Shown piece by piece: positions 1-12,807 of a stretch of DNA of 64,000 nt. The position numbers were made by a program, and so were the translations under genes. Where the stretch lies: assembly GCA_963663965.2 (NCBI GenBank), contig CAXXFK010000019.1:1-64000 (forward strand). The letters are read 5' to 3'. The notes beneath the pieces were generated by a model. It worked only from the letters and a program-made list of their open reading frames with translations. It ran no database searches and was not told the DNA's origin. The DNA is from Sedimentisphaerales bacterium. GTDB lineage: Bacteria; Planctomycetota; Phycisphaerae; Sedimentisphaerales; SM23-30. Position 1 is the first letter of the stretch. Every line of letters starts with the position of its first letter.

Positions 1-165
1 GAGCTGTTTGGAGTTTGACAGGCACACGGAACTGGAAGCTTGCATGCGCGCTTTGTTCAATGCCGGCATAAGGATCGCCACCAGCAGAGCAATGATTGAA
101 ATGACCACCAGCAGTTCGATTAGAGTAAATGCTGAATTTAATTGGTTGTGTAGTTTTTTATACAT
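1..165 (-). CDS. 5' part of a prepilin-type N-terminal cleavage/methylation (DUF1559-like) protein; runs off the window edge
   Basis: Manual translation from ATG at 165: [55 protein letters not shown]. Contains the [11 protein letters not shown] prepilin motif and C-x-SN-x-KQ. Not in the supplied ORF track. Confidence 0.9.
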   Translation of the reverse strand, partial: MYKKLHNQLNSAFTLIELLVVISIIALLVAILMPALNKARMQASSSVCLSNSKQL

Positions 166-668
166 CGCTGTTACCCTGTTTCTTAAAATGATCTTATTTT
201 TGATGTTCGATTAAGCGTCCATTACTTAAATTGTCCGGATTTCCACCACAGCTGAATCGGATAGAGTCATGTGATATTCATGATTATTAAGGAAATAGCC
301 TGTTCATGGGGTAATCCATTCAAACCGGCTATTTTAAAGAAAAAATGCAAAAAACATTTCCCAACTCATTATATTTTTCTCAAATATACTTTTTCCTGTT
401 GCCATTACCGTCTCTAACTCTTTATTAGATGATAAGATAACGGATATTTGCCTGTTGGTGAGTTGATTGGTCTCTCAAGGTTTGCCAAAGGATTATTTTG
501 GCCAATAAACGGATTGGGATATCACAGAAATGTTATTCTATTGTAAAAAAAACAAAATCAAATTCATCTGACAGGGCCTGAATGCCTGCAAAATTGGCAA
601 TTGAGTCATTTTACTGATTCAACTATAATGATCCCCAAATACAATGATATTAACTTTCGAGAAGATTT

Positions 669-782
669 ATGACCGACGTTACTCGCATCTTGAATACGAT
701 TCAACAAGGTGACGCTCAAACGACGGATGAATTAATTCCTTTATCTGGAGCACGACCATGCAAGCTAAAACAACGATGGTAG
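669..782 (+). pseudogene. Truncated N-terminus of a TIGR02999-type planctomycete ECF sigma factor
   Basis: Translates [25 protein letters not shown], then unrelated [16 protein letters not shown]. The first 25 aa match the typical M(S/T)DVTxILxxIxxGDxxAxxxLLPL start of this family. Confidence 0.7.
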
Positions 783-2110
783 GAATGGCTTTGGGTGCGG
801 TAGTCTGCTTGTGTATGGGGGCGGATTGGCCTCAGTGGCGTGGGCACAACCGCGACGGCAAGTCCGAGGATACGGGGCTGCTTAAACAGTGGCCTGAAAA
901 TGGTCCGCCCCTGGTCTGGGGAATTGACAAATTAGGCGGTGGCGATAGCGCTCCGTCAGTTGTCGCCGGACGGCTCTACGGCATGAGCAATCGCGGTGAT
1001 GAAGAAGTCGTCTGGGCTCTGTCCGAAAAGGATGGCAGTGAAATCTGGGCCACCCCGCTGGGGCCGGCCTTTCGGCAACGGGCCTCTCAGTCCCAGGAAG
1101 GACCGGGATGCACACCCACCGTCGACAATGGGTATCTTTACGTCGAGGGTATGGGGGGCGCTATTGCCTGCCTGAAGTCTGAAGATGGCCAGATTGTCTG
1201 GCGGCACAGTTTGTCAGAGGATTTCGGCGGCAGTGTTCCCATGTGGAGCTATCGCGAATCACCGCTGGTCGATGGCGACAAGGTGATCTTCACGCCCGGC
1301 AGTTCAGATGCGATGCTCGTGGCGCTCAATAAAATGACTGGCGAGATCATCTGGAAAGCCCAGATGCCCGACAGCCCGGCTGACAATTCTCCCGCGCCCG
1401 GTGGTTCAGGCCGGGGTGGTCGCGGCGGCCGTGGCGGTTTCGGCGGATCTCGTGGACCCAGTGCTGCCTATGCGTCGCCGATCGCTGTTGACATTGACGG
1501 TCAGCGCCAGTACGTACAACTCATTTCCAATGCCCTGGCAGGATTTGCGGCCTCTGATGGAAAGTTCCTGTGGCGCTATGACAAACCGGCCAACCGTATG
1601 GGTATTAACTGTACTACGGCGTTGTATCACGACGGCATGGTGTTTGCTTCCTCAGCCTATGGCGCGGGGTGCGGATTGGTGAAGCTGAGCAAAGCCGCCG
1701 ATGGCTCTGTTAAAGCAGACGAAGTTTATGCTACGACTGATATGCAAAATCACCATGGCGGCATGATCCTTCATAACGGTTATCTTTATGGCGCCAGCGG
1801 CGGCAACGAAGGGGGGGCATTGGCCTGTCTCGACTTCAAAGCCGGCAAAGTCATGTGGGATCAGCGTCAAAACGGCCAGCGCCGCGCCAAAGGCTCACTG
1901 GCCCTGGCCGACGGCCGGCTCTACTATCGCATGGAGGATGGTACGGTGGTTCTGATTGAGCCGAGTCCGAAAGAATATATCGAGCGGGGCCGCTTTGAAC
2001 AACCGGACCGTAGCAAGGCGCCGGCCTGGGCTCACCCGGTGATTGCCAATGGCAAACTCTACATACGCGATCAGGATTTATTGTTTTGTTATGACATTAC
2101 GGCTAAGTAG
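758..2110 (+). CDS. Secreted PQQ-like beta-propeller (BamB-like) protein
   Basis: Signal peptide, then [13 protein letters not shown], repeated G(K/E)xxW propeller motifs and C-terminal [21 protein letters not shown] upstream. Confidence 0.9.
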   Translation: MQAKTTMVGMALGAVVCLCMGADWPQWRGHNRDGKSEDTGLLKQWPENGPPLVWGIDKLGGGDSAPSVVAGRLYGMSNRGDEEVVWALSEKDGSEIWATPLGPAFRQRASQSQEGPGCTPTVDNGYLYVEGMGGAIACLKSEDGQIVWRHSLSEDFGGSVPMWSYRESPLVDGDKVIFTPGSSDAMLVALNKMTGEIIWKAQMPDSPADNSPAPGGSGRGGRGGRGGFGGSRGPSAAYASPIAVDIDGQRQYVQLISNALAGFAASDGKFLWRYDKPANRMGINCTTALYHDGMVFASSAYGAGCGLVKLSKAADGSVKADEVYATTDMQNHHGGMILHNGYLYGASGGNEGGALACLDFKAGKVMWDQRQNGQRRAKGSLALADGRLYYRMEDGTVVLIEPSPKEYIERGRFEQPDRSKAPAWAHPVIANGKLYIRDQDLLFCYDITAK

Positions 2111-2306
2111 ACTTAACGATCAGACTGTTAGTCTCGATAGAAAGCCGTCAATTATGTCAGCAAAGAGAAATTGGATACAGACGTTAAAATAATAGTCCAA
2201 TATTACTGTTACCTGATCGAAAAACCAGAGATACAAAAACAGGTTCGGGCTCAAAATGAGTCCGAACCTGTAAAATTTATAAAACTGGAATTGAATGATT
2301 TGTTTA

Positions 2307-5300
2307 TCACAATCCATGCAGCCAGTTGCGGGCGATCACCTGGTAATCGAAAAGATCGACAAACCCATCGTCGCCTATTAGATCGACGGCATTGACACCC
2401 TCAGTCGCCGGCGAATTTTCCAGCCAGAAATTCAGCAGCAATCCTAGGTCTGCCGTGTCCACGCCACAGGTCGTCCCCGGCAAATCGCCATAATGAATTC
2501 CAGGGATACAACCCCGGTTGAAACTCACGATGGAATAAGGAAACATGAACTCTTTGCGATCCGGATCGGCCAGGGCTACGGCGGTCCCGCTAGTCATGCC
2601 CGTGGGTACGATTCCTATTGTGGGTACCGTGAAAGGCGTGATAACCGTATTGGATTCCAACAGCTCACTAAGATACATGGAATCTTTTTGCGACCAATCC
2701 GGCATGCGGAACCCTGCGACATACAGATCGCCATTATCCGGATCGACGGCCAAAGCCGTTGTGACCGCCACTTTCATTTTGGCATTATTGGGATCATCAT
2801 GTTCAATCGGTATCGTACTTTCCAAAGAGACATGAACGGTATTCGGCTCAATAATATCAAACGAAAAACGATAGACGTTGCTGCTCAACTCGGTACCGGT
2901 ACTCGTGAATCGAGCTCCGGAGGCCAGGTAGAGTTGGTTGTCATAAGGAGACCAGGTTAATCCAATGGGGGCTTTGACCTGACTTGACAAAGACTGCTGG
3001 ATGGCGCCGCCATAGCGATGACCAGTGTCCTCATTATATATCAGGATATAATCACTGGCGTTCAGACCATGAGTGGATAAGACAAAGACATGGCCGTTTT
3101 TATCCACTTCAATTTCCTGCACTTGATAATAATTCGGCATATAGACATCACGGTTCACGTTATGATATTCTCCCGTGCCGTAATTGTAATAGTAAAACGT
3201 ATTGATGGTCTGGGTGGTCGATTCCTGGCTTGGATCGTTGCCATAAATCTGGGTGATCGTATAGTTGGGATCTGAGGAGGTGCCGGTATTTTCCAGTCGT
3301 GCCGCGGCTTTGAAACTATGGTTTTTACCCTGCTGAATCAAAACCGGCGTCAGATAGAGCGTTCGGTTATCCTCCCAGTCAAAAGCGATATCGCTGACCG
3401 GGACATCCTTGCCTATCGAGATATTTTGGTAGAAACCGCATTTCAGACCGGATTTCCAGGGCATCAGAATCTCGCCTGTTCGTTGCGAGATGATACCATA
3501 CTTGTCATGTATCTGATAGATTTCGCCTGATCCGTCAGCGACCAGTTTACCGCCGGAAGCCAGTATGGCGTCGGGATCTACCCGGGCCGGCGGAACTTTA
3601 TTCCCGGCCGGTTCCCAGTCTGAATAAATCGGGAGAAAACTTTCCGATAATCGCGGGTCATAGTTCTGGCCATTAATGATGACTTTGGAAGCCGACATGT
3701 TTTTTTGTGAATTTGGCTTCAAAGCGCCAAAGGATAACAACGCAGGCGAACTAGGGGCCAGATCCCCGTAGTTGGGATCGATCTGGATACTGTTGGCATC
3801 GAATTGACATGCGCCCGACTCCAGATTGTCATCCCAGCCCGTCAGGTCACTGGAGGTGACATAACCGTCCCCGGTAATATCCAGACAATATTTGCGTGTT
3901 CTCAAGGGGTCAACCACCCCGACTTCTGCCATAAGGCTGAAATAGTCCTTAATACTGGTGAAATTATCGCCATTATAATCGATGCAAATATAGGAACATA
4001 CGATCCACGGATCCCAGTTGTCGATGGTTACCTCCGCTCCCTGGCCGACTAATTCCAGTTCAACGTATGTTCCCCGGGTAAAGTTCAGGGGCCCTTTGGG
4101 GAAAACGCCATAAAACTTCGCGTAATGTTCAGAACCGGCGCCCCCGGGTACCGCCGGATCGAACACCGGTTTGATCACCGCGATCAGGAGCGGATTATCG
4201 CCCGGTTCCGGACTGTCGTTCAAATAGACCCTTAATTCAGTATCCGCCGCGGTATCCGCCGAGAATTTATATTCAAAATCGACCGCCAACTCCTCTTCGT
4301 ACGCGTTGGCAAACGCGGCGGTCGCGGCTACGCTTGACGCCTGGAGTGTCTCCATAATCATTACGCCGTCATTTTCGCCACGATAATCTTCCAGTCGTTC
4401 GATACGACCTTCCGGCATCATTTTGTCCGGATGTTCAGGATCAAAATCATTTTCATCGGTCAGCCGGGTTTTGATTCTCAGGTTGAATTCGTTATCGGGA
4501 TAAGGCGTTGGATCGTTAAAGTTGATCATGATCAGCGAAAATCCTAATAACGGGATATCGACGATCTGGCTGCCGTTGTCAAATACTTTGGGATACCCTG
4601 GTTCGACCGCGTCGACAGGAATCTCGCTATACCCGCCCGTGCCCGGATCCGAAACGGCAATAAATAACGTTTCATAATAAACCTTGAACAAGGCGGTATT
4701 CAAAATCGCGCCGGGGTAGAGAACCAGTTCTCTGACATAAACCACTTCATCTTGATCGGATTCGAGTTGATAATCCACCCGGTTGGTGATATTTACTTTG
4801 GCGTCCTGCCGGATTTCCAGCCGTTCCAGAACCCAGTTGTTCGCCTGTTCGTTGTCGAATCGATTGCCAATGGTTGTCTGCCAGATACCCGAGCGGCACT
4901 CTGGATTGTTGAATGCTTCCAATCCGCAATCGGCGTCCCGGCTGCGCGCTTCCAGCAGCATGCCCTGGTTGCTGTATTGGCCGCGATTGATAATGACATG
5001 GAACTGATTATTCAAAATAACCACGTCATCCAGTAAATACGGCTCAACGTCCAGGTAACGATCCCCCTGGGCGTATACCTCATTTTCAATAAAGGCCGCC
5101 TGGCCTTCCAGATGGATCGAACCTCCCAGGTCATCATAATTGATGGTTTCTCCGCCCTGAACCGTTTTATCATTCACGTAGATCCGATTCCCGGTAATCT
5201 GGCTGTTGCCGCCGGCGATGATCGTTCCATCCACCACGATGTCTCCCCGGGCGGAACCATCCGTTAAATGGATCGAGCCGCTGTCCGTTAGAACCAGGTA

Positions 5301-8300
5301 ACTGAAAATATCTGAATGGATGCTGCCCGGTCCGGTAAACGTGCAATTACTGACGCAGGCTTTGTCAATGTTATTGAGTGGCATGATAGACAGACGACAC
5401 GTTTCGTCCGTCCAGATCGGTGAACTGAAATTATCCACTTCCCGGTTATTGCTGTATTTATGATGCTGTTGGGCGTAACCCATCTCAAAAATTATCTTTT
5501 GGGGTCCGTTTAAATGAATATTGTGCTGGTTGGTCACCAGAAAACCGTCATAAGGCAGCATGGTGACGTCACTGACGATTTCCAGCTGGTTGTCACTGGT
5601 TTCCTGGACCTCAAACAGCCCGACTCTGGCCCGCAGCAACAGGCCGTCAAACAACCGTTGACTGCTATTCTCGTCCAAACCATCATATAACGAACCATAA
5701 ATTTCCAGGATGCCGCCGCCGGAAAAGATCGCGTCTGCGACACCGTTCTGGCTTTGATCCGCTATGAGTCGATTGTCGTACCAAAGCAGCGTCGCCGGTC
5801 CCAGCTGACTGTAGGACGGAGCAATCACCCATTGGGTATCCTGGCTGGTCTGCACAACCAGATTGGTTAACGATTCCGATAATACATGCCATTCGTTGCC
5901 AAGCGCCAGCCAGCTTTCATCAACCCTGCCGCCCACCATTCGGGTGATCTGGCGCCCGGAACAGGGTTTGGCGTTCAGGATATTGATGCGGCTGTCCGGA
6001 GTCAGCTGTAACGTTCCGGAGCCAAACAGGTCGCTGGCAAAAAGATTCAAACTGCCTCTATTCAGAAACAGGTTGTCTATCCAGAGCCGGCTGATGCTGG
6101 AGCCGATCGAAACGTCAGTGGCGTATCCTGAAGGCTGGATGACAAGTTCGGACAGGGAAATATCCGTATAATTTAAATACAAATGCGTGGCACATTGCCC
6201 TGAATTATCGTTCAGAACAATATTGGACAGGTTGGGTTTACCGCCGGCGATAAACAGACCGCCGCTCAAAGCATTTTCGAGGGTATTGTTTTCGGCGTGA
6301 CCGCCGCAGATCAGTACGCGGTCTAAATCGGTATCGAGGTCAGAACCGGCCAGGGTGACCACGCAATAGCTGTTGTCATCATAAATCCCTTCCGCGTCAT
6401 TGGCTCCCAGGTCGCCGCTTAAACGGGTGGCGCCGGATGGATCGGAAGGACGTTGATCAATTTGTTCTTCGTTGCCTGTAAATCCTCCGTATAGTTTTAC
6501 CCTCGCAGGAATTTCGAAAGTGGCGCTGCGATCTCCCGGAGTTTGCAGCAGCCCCTGATCCGGCCGATAGGCGCCTTCGGCTACCCAGATTTCTGTGAAG
6601 AGGGTATCCGAATTGGCCGCGTAAAGCAAGGCGTCCTGAAGGGTATTAAACGCGGACGACCAGCTCAATCCATCTCCGCCCGGCTGTGCGTCATCGTCAA
6701 CGTAATAACGCAATATCCGACATTGAGTGCAGTCATAGGGATTCGGATCGATCAGGAAGGTCATGTCAGGATTATTCGCCTGAATCGTTGGAACATAGGT
6801 GCAATAGGAGCAGGGATTCAGCGGATTGTCTCTTAAGTCAAGACAGGTTAAACAGGTCTGTCTTGACAGTGAAGCGATCTCTTCAATGTTATTATCCGCC
6901 AGGTTAAGAATCTCAATGCCGATCAGTTCGGAGAAGGCGGAAATATCGACGATATTGTTGCCTGATAGCTGAAGGTTGTGTAGTTGAGTTAAATAACTCA
7001 GGCAATTGACTTCCCGGATATAGTTCCCCTGTAAATAAAGATCATGGATAATTTCCAAGTGTACCAGTGGAGTAATATTTGAAATCAGATTCTCACCCAA
7101 ATCCAGATAAACCAGCCGGGTCAGCGCCGCTATGGGAGACAGGTCTGATATGAGATTATTCTGCAGCGCCAGATGTTCCAGTCTGACCATGTTATTCAGG
7201 GGTGACAGATTGATGATGGAATTATCGCTGATATCCAGATAGTTCAAATGGACCAGATCGGCCAGCGAACTCATGTTATGGATGAGATTGCCCGCAATAT
7301 TCAACCAGGTGACCTGACTCAGGCCGGCCAGGGGGCTCAAATCGGCTATTTGATTATCGCCCGCATTTAAGCGGGTTAATGCCTGGAGTTCTTTTATCGG
7401 ATTCAAATCGTCGATGGCATTGCTGCCAATATCCAGTTGGGCAAGATTAACCGCGTATTCCAGCCCGTCGAGAAAAACGATCTCTCGGTTGGATGCCTCC
7501 AGGGTGGTCAGGAGTAACATATCCAGCGGGGTGGGGTTTTGCCGCCGCAGCTGGGCTTCCACCGCCGCTTTCAGGTTCTTGTCCTTAAAATTGACCGGCA
7601 GCAAATAGGGGTTGTTTTCCCAGATCAACCTGGGATAATCCAATGGCCAGATCTGCCAGATGGCCGGGTCGCCATCTTCTTCGGTAAAGTCCCAGCCGGC
7701 TCCCAGGTAAGGGGCTGCTGTCATCATCTGATCGGTCATCGATCCGGTGACGCCCGTTCCCCCGGCGCTGCCGGCCTGACCGCTGGTCTGTACATCCCAG
7801 AAACAATGAACCACCGACTGGTTGTTTGGGTTATATTGAGCGCCCAGCAGACCGCCTGTCCCGGTATTACCGGAAACCTGCCCGGCAGCATAACAGTTTT
7901 CGACCAGAACCGCCTCTGGCTCTTCGTTCTGTTGATATCCCAGCAGGCCGCCAATAGAATTGGTTCCGTTGATCTGTCCGGTCGCATAACAATTGGAGAT
8001 GATGCCGGCCTCCTGAAACCCCGCCAGTCCCCCCAGAAAACTACCGCCGGTAACAGCGGCTGAGGCAGCGCAACTGGATAACGCGCCGGCTGTCTGTATT
8101 CCGGCCAGTCCCCCCGCAACATGGCTGTCGACGCTACCGGCGATCGAACCCGAAACGCTGCAGTTGATGAGGGTCGCTTCGCAATGTCCGGCCAGCCCTC
8201 CAATAATTTGGCAGTGCCCTTCGGTGTTAATGACAACATCCGTCAGGTGAATATGCTCAATGGTTCCGCCTGTACACATGCCAAACAGACCGAGATAGTC

Positions 8301-10104
8301 CTGGCCGCTATTGGCATAAATGGTCAGATTGGAAATCGTATAGCGAAAACCGGTGGCCGGATCGATGCCGCTGAATGAACCGGTAAAACCGACGCCTTGA
8401 TAGTCATTGTTACTATCGTTCACGGTATCCGGAGCGATCAGGGCGGTTTGGAAGGTAAGGCCGCCGGGTAACTCCGGGCTCATATCGATGTCCGCGACTT
8501 GTACAAAATATTTATCGTAATCTTCCACGTTCTGCCCCATGGCGATCAAATCTTCCCGGGTGGCGATCCGATACGGAGACCAGCTTAAACCGGCGCCTCC
8601 CGAATATTTTGGGGGTCCCAACGAAATGACCAGGTCGATCGGGGCGCCTGCCGGGACTTGTTCAGTGGGATCAGTTCCCTGACTCAGGATCAAACCAGGC
8701 AGAAACTCGTTGCTGTTGCCATAAGTGATTTCGCCAATTCGAAAACCGGAGGTTAATAAAGCGCTGAACGCGGCCTCACGGGTTAGCCCGACGACATTCG
8801 GACAGTGAATTCCCGATTCCCATGACAGTTTTGGATAGGTTTGCGGACTATACCGCCAGATGGCCTGGCCGTCTTCACTGATATCCCAGCCGCTGTTGAC
8901 GTAGGTCAGGATGTCCATCATTTCAGACGTCGTTTTGGCCGTGCCGCAATTGCCGAGCCGGGTGGGGTCGGTAATCGTACATTCGGGAATGCCGCTGGTT
9001 TCTTTATCCCAGAAGCAATGGATCACTAAATTATTATCCATGCCATGACCCAGCAGGGCGTTGACATATAGTGGCCCGCCGGTGACCGGGGCCAGGGAAT
9101 AGCAGTTCGTAAAAAACCCGCGATAGACCGGGTAAATAAAGCCATATTCATCCAGACCGACCAGGCCGCCAATATAATTATTGTCACCCTGTATCGATCC
9201 GGTAACATAGGAATTGTATATATTGGAAACATGGTTATATCCGACCAACCCTCCGGCGTAATGTGCGGTATCATGGAATTTTGATTTTTTCGCCGTGACC
9301 AATGCCGATGAGAAACAGGCCTCGATCTTGGCATTGAGACGGTTCAGCCCGATCAGGCCCCCGACGGATTTTTCGCCAGTCACCTGGCCCTGGGATGATG
9401 AAGAGTGAACCTGGCTGTTGTCGTTGTTCCCGCCGTTGTGGCTGCCGATCAATCCCCCCACACTGGCGACCCCTTTCACAATGGCATTGACGTGGCAAAA
9501 CGAGACGTCGCCACGATGCAGATATCCGATCAAACCGCCGCAATATTGACCCCAACCCTGGATGGATCCGGTGATCTGGCAGTTGACGAACTCGCCATAC
9601 TCGCACCAGCCGGCCAGACCGCCGACATATTCAGTTCCTACGACTTCTTCACCTTTGGATCCGTTGATCACCACCACATCATCGTAGTTTCCCGCGACAA
9701 TGTCGACACTCTCTAATTTCATATTGTATAGCTGGCCATGAGAAATGAATCCAAATAACCCAATATAATTCCGGTTATCGGAATGGATGCTCAAATTGCG
9801 AATCGCATGGCCATTCCCGTCGAAAACCCCGGAAAATCCCGTGCCTTGAAATCCTTCTTCAGGATCGGTGTCCGGGGCGATGATGGCATGGGTAAGGGGG
9901 GGGGGAAATTCCCGACAGATCGATATCGGCTATGAGTTTAAAACAGTCATTGTAATCTTCCAGTTGAGTACCCAGCGCCAGCAGGTCGGCCGGTGTGCCA
10001 ATGAGATAGGGATCGAGAGTGGTTCCATTACCCCCGGAATAGTCCCCGGCCAGTGCGGTTGATATCAGTGAAAGGATTACGTAAATAATTAATTTCGTTT
10101 TCAT
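2307..10104 (-). pseudogene. Very large secreted multidomain surface protein (two GLUG-repeat blocks, PASTA, internalin-type LRR, beta-helix, dockerin-like), frameshifted at a homopolymer
   Basis: ORF 9859..10104 has the signal peptide and YSGGNGT..DPYLI start. ORF 2307..9794 has GGLxG GLUG repeats, PNVVGLT..A PASTA, LxxLxLxxNxIxDLSPL LRRs, YVDDDA..GDGxSWxxAF and D-x-N/T-G-D..VD..D..W dockerin-like ends. Deleting one C from the C10 run joins them into one 2598 aa frame. Confidence 0.85.
9896..9905. repeat. G10 homopolymer (C10 on the coding strand) at the frameshift point
   Basis: Sequence ggtaa-GGGGGGGGGG-aaatt. Confidence 0.95.
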
Positions 10105-10404
10105 GACTATCTCCTTATGAAGCGGCTTAAATTTTCCCCTTCATGAATTTATTCACTCAGTTGCCGATAATCTTGCGCAATGGAAGTGCTCATGCGTTTA
10201 AAATCCCTTGGTGACCGCAAATTTCGTATTCCCGTTGGGAAGATTATATAATCTCATTCTCATTCTCAACTTATATCGATACCGATATAAATGAGCTGCC
10301 ACCTTTGCGGTTCTCGTGTAATAATATATAGTATAGTAAGATTCTTTTATTTTTCAATAAAAAACCGACTCAGATTGAATGCTCGATGAAATGCTGAAAT
10401 CCGG

Positions 10405-10431
10405 AAAAGGGGTAATTTATACCCCCTTTTT
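10405..10431. terminator. Probable intrinsic terminator, possibly bidirectional, downstream of the pilin-like gene
   Basis: AAAAGGGGTA-attta-TACCCCCTTTTT stem-loop with A/T tails on both sides. Confidence 0.55.
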
Positions 10432-10511
10432 GTTTAAAAATTCTGTTTGCCATCTTATTGAGGGCTCCCGGGTAGGAACCCTCTCTGATTTTTACTGGTA
10501 TCCAGGGATGA

Positions 10512-11288
10512 TTAGGGAACAGGTGGGGGGTGGAGTTTCCTGAACTCCGCATCCAGGGCTTTAAATGGATTAATCCGGTATTCACCCGTCATATAATAAC
10601 CTTTTTTTATCTCAACATAATCGACATGAACGTCCAGAAAGGCAATATTATGATAGTTTTCTTTCTGGTGCCATTGATAATCCCAGGGCATCGTGGCCAG
10701 ATGTTCATTAAACCAGAAAAAGTCGCCAAATAGTAATACCATGGCCGGCTGAAAACACTGACTGGACTTGACTTGCACGATACGTGCGTTAACCATTTCC
10801 CTTAAAGGACTTGGAAATAAATTAACCGAATAACTGCCGATTAATAAATAATTGGCCAGGTAACTCGTCCCCATTTCTGTAATTCTTGGCAATGCGGCCC
10901 CGGGATACCCGCCTTTATCCGCCGGACAGGTACAGACTCCGGCTTCTGCTTCCGTCGTGGGAATTTCGGGCATGCTCAGATATTTCTGATTAAAAGGACG
11001 CGGTATGCCGGGATTCGCCGTTCCTTCCCAGCCGCCATAAAGCACCTGGGCATTGGTTTTTTTATAAAAATAATCGTTATTGTCGTCAAGATACATGGAA
11101 TTGGCCAGCGCGATACTGCGTAAATTGGTGGTACACTTGGCACGATTGGCAAACGCGCGCACTTTGCCCAGGGCGGGCAGTAAAATGGCTACTAGTAAAG
11201 AAATGATAGAGATGACCACCAGTAATTCGATCAGGGTAAATGCTCGAAACTTCCTTTTTCCAGCGCGCACGTTAATGGTTGCCATCAT
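10512..11288 (-). CDS. Prepilin-type N-terminal cleavage/methylation, DUF1559-like protein
   Basis: [32 protein letters not shown], and C-terminal WH...[10 protein letters not shown] (variant of H-X9-DG). Likely start 11288 or 11285, overlapping the kinase stop. Confidence 0.9.
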   Translation of the reverse strand: MMATINVRAGKRKFRAFTLIELLVVISIISLLVAILLPALGKVRAFANRAKCTTNLRSIALANSMYLDDNNDYFYKKTNAQVLYGGWEGTANPGIPRPFNQKYLSMPEIPTTEAEAGVCTCPADKGGYPGAALPRITEMGTSYLANYLLIGSYSVNLFPSPLREMVNARIVQVKSSQCFQPAMVLLFGDFFWFNEHLATMPWDYQWHQKENYHNIAFLDVHVDYVEIKKGYYMTGEYRINPFKALDAEFRKLHPPPVP

Positions 11289-12804
11289 AAACGCAATCCC
11301 CGGTTTCAGATTCAAATTCTTGTCCAGTCAGTTGCGTGATCCGGCTTTTGGCCATTTTCGCGTATAAATTGCCAGGGTCGCCTGTTTGGGCGCTGCTTCT
11401 GATCGCTTCCTGATAACTGGCGACGGCCAGGTCGGTTTCATTGCGCATTCGATGGCTTTCGCCCACAATATAATGTTTGAAAACAGGATGCTGTTCTTTC
11501 AGTGCGGCATTGAATTTTTGCAAGCGAACCGGGTAGTCCTCCTGACCGCCCAAAAAAGTGACGGCCGCTTTTTCCATGGAATTCTCTTGCAGGGATAAAG
11601 CGAAAATTTTCGCCTCCTGCATCTTATTGGCCTGTAATAAACTCAGATAGGAATTGAAGGCGACCTGATGATAAAGCGCCAGATTGTTTTTGGCTTCTTC
11701 CTGATATTCCTGGGCTTGTTGCTCGGCGGTATTCCTTTCTTGGCCGGCCTGTATCCAGAAATAAGAGCTGATAAAAGTCGTGCTGCATATGATGATGGCC
11801 AGCAATGCCACCACGGAACTGGCGAATCGATTCTTCTGAATCAATTTTTTGAGGATATACCAACTGTTGACCGCCACCGCTTTAACCGGCATCCCATCCA
11901 GCCAGCTTTGCAGGTCGCTGATAAATTCGGTGACACTTTGATAACGCTCTTCCGGTTTCCGGGCAATGGCTCGAATCATGACCGCTTCCAGGTCCCGGTC
12001 AATATCCTGCCGCCACAGCGTCGGACGCTTGGGTTCGAATTCCTGTTTGATGCGGAATATCTCATACCGGGTTCCGCCCAGATCATGCGGCCATTTCTGG
12101 GTCAACAGGTTGTACATGATAATACCCAGACTGTAAATATCGGTGCGCACATCAACGCGATCCATCTTCCCGGCGGCTTGTTCCGGAGACATATAAGCAG
12201 GGGTTCCCAGGGTGTCGCCATCCAGGGAAACGGTCAGGCCCTTGTCTTCTTCCTGGTAGGTTTTGGCCAGGCCAAAGTCCAGAATATGCGGACAACCGTT
12301 TTCTTCCACCAGAATATTGGAGGCTTTCAAGTCCCGATGGATCACTCCCTGTTGATGGGCGTATTGGACGCCATTGCCGATCCGAATCATCAATCGAACA
12401 ATCTCTTTGATGGTTAATTTCCGATTGGTGACATACTGGTCTAAATGAACCCCGGAAACCAGTTCCATGATATAATAGTACTGTTCATGATGCAGACCGC
12501 TGGTGTAAACCCGGGCAATCGATTCATGCGTCAATCGGGCGGCCAGCTCAATTTCTCGTTCGAACCGTAACCGCGCTTTTAACGATACATGCTGGCCGCC
12601 TGGCAATACCTTGATGGCCACTTGCCGCTGCATGCCCAACTGCAATGCCTTCCAGACCGCTCCCATGCCGCCCACTCCCAGTAACTCGATAATTTCATAG
12701 CCGTCGATCTTGGGTTTTTGGGGTTGAAAATAATGGCCCCCGTCGGTCATGTCGCCGGTGGCGGTGGATAAATCCGGGCGGGATTGACTGGTTGAATCAT
12801 TCAT
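11272..12804 (-). CDS. Hanks-type Ser/Thr protein kinase with one TM helix and a C-terminal helical/TPR-like region
   Basis: [23 protein letters not shown] and GTPAYMSPE motifs; hydrophobic [21 protein letters not shown]. Confidence 0.95.
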   Translation of the reverse strand: MNDSTSQSRPDLSTATGDMTDGGHYFQPQKPKIDGYEIIELLGVGGMGAVWKALQLGMQRQVAIKVLPGGQHVSLKARLRFEREIELAARLTHESIARVYTSGLHHEQYYYIMELVSGVHLDQYVTNRKLTIKEIVRLMIRIGNGVQYAHQQGVIHRDLKASNILVEENGCPHILDFGLAKTYQEEDKGLTVSLDGDTLGTPAYMSPEQAAGKMDRVDVRTDIYSLGIIMYNLLTQKWPHDLGGTRYEIFRIKQEFEPKRPTLWRQDIDRDLEAVMIRAIARKPEERYQSVTEFISDLQSWLDGMPVKAVAVNSWYILKKLIQKNRFASSVVALLAIIICSTTFISSYFWIQAGQERNTAEQQAQEYQEEAKNNLALYHQVAFNSYLSLLQANKMQEAKIFALSLQENSMEKAAVTFLGGQEDYPVRLQKFNAALKEQHPVFKHYIVGESHRMRNETDLAVASYQEAIRSSAQTGDPGNLYAKMAKSRITQLTGQEFESETGDCVYDGNH

Positions 12805-12807
12805 ACC

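Noticed and set aside
8..214. 68 aa plus-strand ORF
   Set aside because: Antisense to the prepilin-type gene at 1..165.
2171..2395. 74 aa ORF between convergent genes, a possible gene remnant
   Set aside because: TTG start, no RBS, overlaps the end of the giant gene, and no family recognised.
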